Of a stretch of DNA of 64,000 nucleotides, positions 57,641 through 64,000 are shown one piece after another. Position numbers and translations under genes: made by a program. Numbering within the stretch: position 1 is the stretch's first letter; the number at the start of each line of letters is the position of its first letter. The notes under the pieces were generated by a model. The model was not told the DNA's origin. It searched no databases and saw only the letters and a list, made by a program, of their open reading frames with translations. Origin of the DNA: Candidatus Bathyarchaeota archaeon (GTDB lineage: Archaea > Thermoproteota > Bathyarchaeia > 40CM-2-53-6); assembly GCA_963726255.1 (NCBI GenBank), contig CAVSBL010000002.1, positions 160,001-224,000 on the forward strand. Reading direction: 5' to 3'.

Positions 57641-58729
57641 TTACCTTGTAATTTCTATCTGTTCCATCTTGTGAAGTAGCTCGGGATGTTTCTCGAATTC
57701 TTCTCTAACTGGTTCGAGGATTTTGATGAGGCTTTCCGCTACTGAGACCTTAAGGTCTTGCGGGTGAATCTTCCCCGCTCGGTACTCTGATTCCAGTTCC
57801 TTATACGTAGTGAAAGTCGCGGGGCCACCGTACTTGCTCGGCCTATCCAGCGAAACTGAATTGGACCACGGAAAGATGATGTGGCGAGCGATTTCAAGGA
57901 CTGGATTGTTCTCTGTCTCCTTCTGGGGGCAGTAGGCGCCTTTGAGTTTGTGTTTGATTGCTTCTGGTTCATCGTGGACGATTATCCCGGTTTCCGTGAT
58001 GCTCTTTGACATCTTAGAAGAGATTTGGGAGCTGACATCTCGATTTTCATCGAACTTGGCCGTGTCCATCCTTTTCGCCCCCGCTAGTCCTATGAGCAGA
58101 GGTGTGTGCAGACTCGTTGGTTTCGGCCAGCCTAGCTTGTCTGCGACATCGCACGCTAAGGCGTGAGCTTTCCTCTGGTCTATGCCTGCACATGCGACAT
58201 CTAGCTTTAGTTCGAATATGTCGGCTGCTTGCATGCATGGGTAGAAGGTTGACGCGGCTTCGAGGTCTTTGGTATCCATCTCCCTGCCCATTATTGGAAG
58301 CGCACGCCAAACGCGGTTTACGTTGATCGACTTGCCAATCCGCACCACCCTTTCCCAGTACTCCCGTTTTGATGCTAGGTCAGACGCCCATGAGTACGTG
58401 GCCTTTGATGGCGGAATTCCTATCGCAGTGAAGCATTGTTTGATGTATTCTCCACAGGTGCGAATATTCTCCATCTGGCCCCCCAGCTTGTTGTTGATCC
58501 AAGCGTGCCAGTCGGCGAGGAAGACGGTGTAATCGAAACCAGCCTCAATCATATCTATGATTTTCCTGCCGCACAGTAGACCCATTCCTATGTGCATCAT
58601 GCCACTCGACTCGAAGCCCCAGTAGGCGCGCGGACGAGTCTTGGTCTCTAGAATCGTCCGCAGTTCTTCGCGGGTGATGATTTCTTCTGTATCTCTGGCG
58701 ACGAGCTCAAGCCGTGTTTCCAGGTCCAA
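57641..58729 (-). CDS. tyrS: Tyrosyl-tRNA synthetase
   Basis: YWGFE.SG..HIG, ADWHAW, YPCMQAADI, GIDQRKAH and KMSKS motifs. Confidence 0.96.
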   Translation of the reverse strand: MDLETRLELVARDTEEIITREELRTILETKTRPRAYWGFESSGMMHIGMGLLCGRKIIDMIEAGFDYTVFLADWHAWINNKLGGQMENIRTCGEYIKQCFTAIGIPPSKATYSWASDLASKREYWERVVRIGKSINVNRVWRALPIMGREMDTKDLEAASTFYPCMQAADIFELKLDVACAGIDQRKAHALACDVADKLGWPKPTSLHTPLLIGLAGAKRMDTAKFDENRDVSSQISSKMSKSITETGIIVHDEPEAIKHKLKGAYCPQKETENNPVLEIARHIIFPWSNSVSLDRPSKYGGPATFTTYKELESEYRAGKIHPQDLKVSVAESLIKILEPVREEFEKHPELLHKMEQIEITR

Positions 58730-58776
58730 CTTTCCTTCCTTCAGGTTTTCCCTTCAGTTCGGGCTATTATTCTTCT

Positions 58777-58933
58777 TTCGTTGGAGGGGATTCGCCGCAG
58801 GGTCGGAGCGCCGGTATTACCAGCGATCCGGCCCCTTTCGCCCACGACACTAACACGCAAACTTCACTGGAGGGCTTCGCCCCACTCAGTTGGCTCTCTC
58901 GGAGGTGGGCGGCTCTGGTGCCTCTCCAACGAA
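58777..58933. ncRNA. Unidentified structured RNA-like element between pheT and tyrS
   Basis: Terminal helix TTCGTTGGAG/CTCCAACGAA enclosing several GC-rich hairpins; no family recognised. Confidence 0.55.
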
Positions 58934-58934
58934 C

Positions 58935-60647
58935 CTATCGTCTCTGCAACTGGAAGAGTTGGTCAAGGTCTAGCTCCATTCCGGCTACAGGGTTTTCCAG
59001 TCTCCAGTTTTCGAGGACTTGGGGGTGAACCTCTCCTATTATCCCAACCTCCCGGTCGCCAATAAGTATGCTACCAACGCGCCCCTCCAAGTAGCTCGGG
59101 TCGACGGTTGGCTTGAGAGTGAACTCGAAGCCGAGATTGAGCATAAGCGGTTGGAGGCTGGCTTTCATTTCCGTGAAGTTGGCTTTCGAGTGGCTTGAGA
59201 CACAGGCCAGCTTTCTAGCGTCTCTCGCCCGGTTGGGTACGGCCGGGTCCCAAATTGCACAGTCTCCGACCTCGAACACTCTCTGAGGGTATTCGACGTG
59301 AGTGTTGTTCGCCAGGAAGTCCATCAGGCTAGGTAAGAGCGAAGGGCGTAGGCATGTCATTGTCATGATTTTCGGGTTTGCAATCTCCACTGCCAGACCA
59401 GGTTGCCTGTTCATCTTCGTAAACAACTTCTCTTGGTTCCCCATCATGAAGCCGAGCATTTCTTGGAAACCAAGTCCCACCATGAGTTCTCTCACCGAAT
59501 CTGAGAACTCTTCCATAGGTGACAGGCCGCCGATTGTTAGGTCAGATGGCCATTTCGGTTCCATTTTGTTTAGGCCGTAGGCGATGGCGACATCTTCGAA
59601 GATGTCAACAGGGTGTAGGATGTCCAATCGGTAGCATGGGACGCGAACGGTGAGTTGTTTGCCGGTCGAATTCGCTACCTCATACCTTGCGCGGCGAAGA
59701 AGGGACACTATCTGGGCGCCGCTGAGGTCCAGCCCGATCATGCCTCTAAGGCTGTCGAGCGATAGTTTGACTCGGCGCTCGTTGAGGTCTGGCGTTTTGA
59801 CTGTCCGTGGTTTGCCGTACTCGTAATGTACTACGGCTGGTGAGATTTCAGCGCCTCGGTCGGCTAGGGTGGTTGTGAGTATGGTTACGGCGTTCATGAC
59901 CGTTTCGTCAGAGGTGCCCGTGACTTCGACAAGGATGTTCTTGGTTTCGGGCGTTACTCGGCCTAGGTCATCGGAGTTAATGATGGGTGGGAAAGAGAGC
60001 ACTTTGTGTTTCGAATCCAGCAGGATGGGCATTCTTTCATGTTCCTTTACGATGTGGCCGTACTCTAGCCCCTTCGGGTGCGCTTCGAGAATTTCGCGTA
60101 GCGACATTTCCTTCTCGCCTTCCAAGGGTACGAATTTCACGTCATCCGGACCCACCGCGCCGTACGTGAGTGGTGGATCAATCAAATCGAAATCGTAGAA
60201 CCCTATGGATGACCTTCGGCGCTTTCTCCCGTAGCTCTGGTCAAGCTTCTCTTGGAGGTGGATTAATCCCCGAATAATCACGTCATTCAGCTTGATGCGG
60301 CGGGCGACTACGCACGCAATAAACGGCCTAATCTCTTTCAGTTCTTTATCCACTTGGATTTCGACAGCAGGTTTCTTTGCAAGCGGGTAGGTCTTGAGGC
60401 CCACTTCGATTCCCAGCAACCCCCTTAGCGCTCGGGCTATGCCTTCAGTGCTCCAGGTGTCCGGCCGGTTGGTGTCTTTGTTTTCCAACTGAAGTTCGGA
60501 ATCTTCCGAGATGTCTTCCGTGCGGCTTAGGCCGGAGAGTTCGCACTTCACGGAGTAAAGTATCTCATCGAGTTGCTCGTGGTCCCTAGGCAGCTTCCTC
60601 CCGACTAGTTGTTCCAAGTCGTCTATTCGGGTGAAGATTGTGACCAT
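58935..60647 (-). CDS. pheT: Phenylalanyl-tRNA synthetase beta subunit
   Basis: NRPD, QEKL, SFPPIINS and YR.DILH.VD..EDVAIAYG motifs. Confidence 0.96.
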   Translation of the reverse strand: MVTIFTRIDDLEQLVGRKLPRDHEQLDEILYSVKCELSGLSRTEDISEDSELQLENKDTNRPDTWSTEGIARALRGLLGIEVGLKTYPLAKKPAVEIQVDKELKEIRPFIACVVARRIKLNDVIIRGLIHLQEKLDQSYGRKRRRSSIGFYDFDLIDPPLTYGAVGPDDVKFVPLEGEKEMSLREILEAHPKGLEYGHIVKEHERMPILLDSKHKVLSFPPIINSDDLGRVTPETKNILVEVTGTSDETVMNAVTILTTTLADRGAEISPAVVHYEYGKPRTVKTPDLNERRVKLSLDSLRGMIGLDLSGAQIVSLLRRARYEVANSTGKQLTVRVPCYRLDILHPVDIFEDVAIAYGLNKMEPKWPSDLTIGGLSPMEEFSDSVRELMVGLGFQEMLGFMMGNQEKLFTKMNRQPGLAVEIANPKIMTMTCLRPSLLPSLMDFLANNTHVEYPQRVFEVGDCAIWDPAVPNRARDARKLACVSSHSKANFTEMKASLQPLMLNLGFEFTLKPTVDPSYLEGRVGSILIGDREVGIIGEVHPQVLENWRLENPVAGMELDLDQLFQLQRR

Positions 60648-60648
60648 G

Positions 60649-62166
60649 TCAGAGCACCTTCTGTTTTCTCATCCAGTCTAGGTCTTGGGCGAAGAGTAGG
60701 CGTATGTCGTCGATTCCTGCACGCATCATGTAGAGCCTATCGACGCCTATGCCCCATGCGATGACAGGCACCTTGATTCCCAACGGGAGCGTCAGTTCAG
60801 GCCTAAAGATTCCTGACCCGCCGAATTCGAGCCACCCATATCCCTCTTTGTACGCTTGCAGCTCGACGCTTGGTTCGGTGAATGGGAAATAATCTGGCCT
60901 AAAGCGGACTTTGTCTGCACCCGCGATGTCGATGGCAAAGCGCTCAAGCACGCCCAAGAGGTCCCTTAATGATAAGTCAGCGCCGACCACGATGCCTTCT
61001 GCTTGGTTGAATTCTGTAAGGTGAGTGCGGTCCACTTGGTCGGGTCTAAAGCATCTTGCGAGTGAGAAGTATTTTCCAGGTATCTTCAATTGCTTGCTAA
61101 CAAGTGTTCGAGCGCTGAGAGCGGTTCCTTGGCTTCTCAATATCAGTTTCAGGGCTTCGCTACGCGAGTAGGAGTATTTCCATCCGGTTGATCCGGTCTT
61201 CCAACCATTTTCATGGGTCTTTGAAACCGGATCCATGAAACGTTCGTATTCTCCAAGGCTTCCCCTTTCTTGTGTCTTGACGAAGTAAATGTCATGTATC
61301 TCACGCGCGGGGTGGTCTTGTGGCATGAAGAGCGCGTCGCAGTTGAAGAACATCAGTTCGACTGTTGGGCCTGTCATCTCCTTGAAGCCTAGGTTGACAA
61401 GTTTCGTTTTTAAGTTGTCGAGGAAGAGGCGGTATGGTTGCTTCTTTCCCGGCCAGGCCGAAGTGACTGGGGCTGCGATGTTGTACTTGCGAAATGCTAC
61501 TGCCTTCCATTGCTGGGATGTGATCATTTCGGGTGTGAGGTCGCTTATTTCTTCGGGGACAGTGATTCCTTCTTCGAGTGCTTTCCAACCCTGCGGCGTC
61601 AGTTCGACGTAGCGCTTCGTTTGCCTTCTGCTTGTGACCAGCTGTCGCCTCTTCAAGGTCTCGACGTTTCCGCGAACAGATGGTGCTAATTCCTCTAGGG
61701 AGGTTTCGGGTTTTGTTGCGAGGAGTTCGAGTGTTCGTTCCGTGTCGGTCTTGTCGGGTATGCCGGCTGCTTTCAGGACTACGCTCTGGAGCTGGGTTGT
61801 AACCTCGCACCAGCCTGCGACCTTGACCCAGCCTAGCGCGACTGAAGCGAGGTTCGGGGGAATGTTAGCGCGTCTCGCTGCTTGGTCGAGAGTTGCTTCG
61901 CCGCCGAGTTCAAGTACGGCCTGAAGAAGCCGTCTTTCGGGCAAACCTTGCTTTGCATGATTCATTGCTTCTTCTGTGAGTTTGAGGACTGTTCGTTCAG
62001 CTTCCGTTACTCGAACAAGCTGTCGCTCTTGTAGGGTTGTTAAGGCTCGCGTGACGGCGGCACTGCTTTGTTTCGTGTTCACAACTAGCTCTTCGAAGGA
62101 GCAGTTGCCGCCGGAGGATTGCAACGAGTGCATTACGGCCGCTTCGTTCTCACGCATCTGAATCAA
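60649..62166 (-). CDS. pheS: Phenylalanyl-tRNA synthetase alpha subunit
   Basis: PQDHPARE, THLTEFNQ, YFPFTEPS, EFGGSG and WGIGVDR motifs. Confidence 0.96.
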   Translation of the reverse strand: MIQMRENEAAVMHSLQSSGGNCSFEELVVNTKQSSAAVTRALTTLQERQLVRVTEAERTVLKLTEEAMNHAKQGLPERRLLQAVLELGGEATLDQAARRANIPPNLASVALGWVKVAGWCEVTTQLQSVVLKAAGIPDKTDTERTLELLATKPETSLEELAPSVRGNVETLKRRQLVTSRRQTKRYVELTPQGWKALEEGITVPEEISDLTPEMITSQQWKAVAFRKYNIAAPVTSAWPGKKQPYRLFLDNLKTKLVNLGFKEMTGPTVELMFFNCDALFMPQDHPAREIHDIYFVKTQERGSLGEYERFMDPVSKTHENGWKTGSTGWKYSYSRSEALKLILRSQGTALSARTLVSKQLKIPGKYFSLARCFRPDQVDRTHLTEFNQAEGIVVGADLSLRDLLGVLERFAIDIAGADKVRFRPDYFPFTEPSVELQAYKEGYGWLEFGGSGIFRPELTLPLGIKVPVIAWGIGVDRLYMMRAGIDDIRLLFAQDLDWMRKQKVL

Positions 62167-62171
62167 GGCAT

Positions 62172-63305
62172 CTAGGCATCCTTGGGATTGAAGAGATACT
62201 CTTCGAAGTTATCTTTGGCTTTCTCCCGTTTCGCCTGGAATTCTTTGAGGAACCTTTCCACGCGCTCCGCGAGTATCAGTTTGCAGTCTCCACACATGAT
62301 GTTTCCGGCGAGGCAGTTGTATCGAAGGTCTTCGATCTCCTTGTCGTTCATAAAGAGGAAGTAATCGTAAGCGAAGACCGAGCATATGTCGGGGTTGGCT
62401 CCAAGTCGTTTTTGTTCCTCGACCGTAGCCCGTCCTCCCGTGAAGGCGTTCATAACTTTCTTTTTCGCTTGCTGTGGGTCGTCTACCGTAAAGATGGCTG
62501 TTTCGGGCATTGAGGCAGACATCTTGCCACCGCGCCCGAGTCCCGGCACGAAGCGGCAGTGGATCTGGGCGGGTTTGTAGTATCCTAGCTTAGGGGCGAC
62601 GTCCCGAGTTATCCTCCAGTACGGGTCTTGGTCAATGGCTGCCGGGATCAAGCATGGGACATTGTGTCCCACTAGGGCCGATTCCAAGAAGGCTGGAACT
62701 GCTTGGATAGCGGGGTAGAACGCCATGCCTATGTTCGTGCTCTCTCGGAAGCCAAACACTGCTTTGGCTGTTGAGAAAGTCACATGTTTCGCGACCTTGA
62801 TTGCCAAGCCGTAGAGAGCGCCCATGTTCTTCGTGTCGGTGATGATTCGTGTTTTCTTCGGGTCGAAACCGACGGCGATTATGTCAAGGGCGTTCTCGTA
62901 CGCCCATTTCGTTGGTTCATCCATCGAGAACTCGTCATGTTGGAGAAATCTCTCGTCGTCCGTTATCTGGAAGTAGAGTTTGGCGCCGAACTTGTCCTGG
63001 AGGTATTTCGTGAATATCCAGGGGACCAAATGGCCGATGTGGACCGGCCCAGAAGGGCCTCGACCTGTATAGAGTATAAATTTCTCTCCCGCCTCATACC
63101 TCTGAAGAATCCAATCGAAATCCCTGTGTGAGAAGAAAATTCTTCTTGCGAGTTGTGGGTGTAATTCGCCGGTAAGTTTCGTGACCTTCTCTAGGATTTC
63201 TGGGGTGAGGGGTTGTGTTCCAAATTCCCTTATCAGCTTGTCATAATCGATCTTGCCCGTGACTTCCCACGGCGTTACAACCATTTCTTCGTTGTTGACT
63301 GACAC
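62172..63305 (-). CDS. trpS: Tryptophanyl-tRNA synthetase
   Basis: VTPWEV, YTGRGPS, HIGH, IDQDPY and KMSAS motifs. Confidence 0.96.
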   Translation of the reverse strand: MSVNNEEMVVTPWEVTGKIDYDKLIREFGTQPLTPEILEKVTKLTGELHPQLARRIFFSHRDFDWILQRYEAGEKFILYTGRGPSGPVHIGHLVPWIFTKYLQDKFGAKLYFQITDDERFLQHDEFSMDEPTKWAYENALDIIAVGFDPKKTRIITDTKNMGALYGLAIKVAKHVTFSTAKAVFGFRESTNIGMAFYPAIQAVPAFLESALVGHNVPCLIPAAIDQDPYWRITRDVAPKLGYYKPAQIHCRFVPGLGRGGKMSASMPETAIFTVDDPQQAKKKVMNAFTGGRATVEEQKRLGANPDICSVFAYDYFLFMNDKEIEDLRYNCLAGNIMCGDCKLILAERVERFLKEFQAKREKAKDNFEEYLFNPKDA

Positions 63306-63446
63306 GGCTCAGATTCTCCCGCCTTCAGAAACGACTCTCCGACTTGGTTGCTTCCCCACAACTCATGCTCGTACTGTGCATTGTCTTTCTGAATCCTAAA
63401 TAAACAGCTAGGGACAGTGGTTTCATCTAAAGAAGGTTTAGCCACA

Positions 63447-64000
63447 GTGAGCCAGCAACTGGAAATGTTCGCGAAATCCGGGAGAATCCTAGCACAGGTT
63501 CGAGAATTCGTGAAAACCCTTCCCCTGGCTGGCAATAGCGTGTTGGAATTATGTGAGCAAGTTGAGGGAAAGATACGAGGATTAGGCGGTGAGCCGGCCT
63601 TCCCATGCAATGTCGGAATCAACGAGATCGCAGCTCACTACACTAGCCCGTGGAACGACGCGAGCTCAGTTCCTGATGGTTGCATCGTGAAAGTGGATTT
63701 TGGCGTGGCGCTCGATGGGTTCGTTACAGATAGCGCGATAACAGTTTCGCTTAATCCTGCTTACGACTCTATGAAAGTAGCCGCTGAGTCCGCCCTTGAG
63801 GAAGCACTTGCCGCTGTGGCTCCCGGGCGAAGGCTTTCGGAAATCGGGACCGTCGTCGAACGCTGCATAGTGAGATATGGTTTCAGACCGATCAGAAACT
63901 TGACCGGTCACAAAATCGACCGCTATACGATTCATGCGGGAAAGTCGGTTCCTAATGTTTCGGGGATGGAGAGCGGTCGTTTTGAGGTTGGGGAAGTCTA
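63447..64000 (+). CDS. map: Methionine aminopeptidase type II (3'-truncated by window)
   Basis: GEPAFPCNVGINEIAAHYT, KVDFG, TDSA, NLTGH and IHAGK motifs; absent from the ORF track because it runs off the window end. Confidence 0.92.
   Translation, partial: MSQQLEMFAKSGRILAQVREFVKTLPLAGNSVLELCEQVEGKIRGLGGEPAFPCNVGINEIAAHYTSPWNDASSVPDGCIVKVDFGVALDGFVTDSAITVSLNPAYDSMKVAAESALEEALAAVAPGRRLSEIGTVVERCIVRYGFRPIRNLTGHKIDRYTIHAGKSVPNVSGMESGRFEVGEV

Noticed and set aside
58790-58900. TPP riboswitch, RNase P RNA or canonical T-box identity for the pheT-tyrS element
   Set aside because: Only fragments match (CTGAG, GGTAATACC, CCGCCCACC). TPP junctions, RNase P GAGGAA and ACAGAA regions, and the T-box UGGNACC antiterminator are all absent.
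1-64000. CRISPR arrays, rRNA genes, transposases, integrases and defence systems
   Set aside because: No regularly spaced repeats or diagnostic motifs seen by eye; short dispersed repeats could have been missed.

Overview
Archaeal chromosomal window from a TACK-type archaeon; a Bathyarchaeia-like aerobic heterotroph is my inference from gene content only. Core genes: rps7, EF-1alpha, rps10, rps11, aRF1, pyrH, glyA, PolB, dnaG, trpS-pheS-pheT-tyrS, map. RNA genes: SRP (7S) RNA, tRNA-Pro(TGG) with a variable-loop intron at 45/46, and tRNA-Leu(CAA) with introns at 30/31 and 37/38. Other loci: an A1-type heme-copper oxidase cluster with split subunit II, an SQR-like flavoprotein, a DoxD plus Rieske pair, a divergent pst/phoU cluster and a Na/K-ATPase-like P-type pump. 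Most notable features not in the ORF track: (1) a 157-nt closed multi-helix RNA-like element between pheT and tyrS; (2) a 39-aa free-standing histone-tail-like basic peptide gene; (3) several micro-ORFs, including a 29-aa TM peptide coupled to heme A synthase, a 48-aa cationic TM peptide heading a MacB-type ABC operon and a 50-aa Zn ribbon; (4) two frameshifted gene remnants; (5) a CTG-initiated rps11. PolB has lost most proofreading carboxylates but keeps its polymerase motifs. I saw no CRISPR array, rRNA or intact mobile element. All calls come from reading motifs by eye; no searches or folding programs were run.
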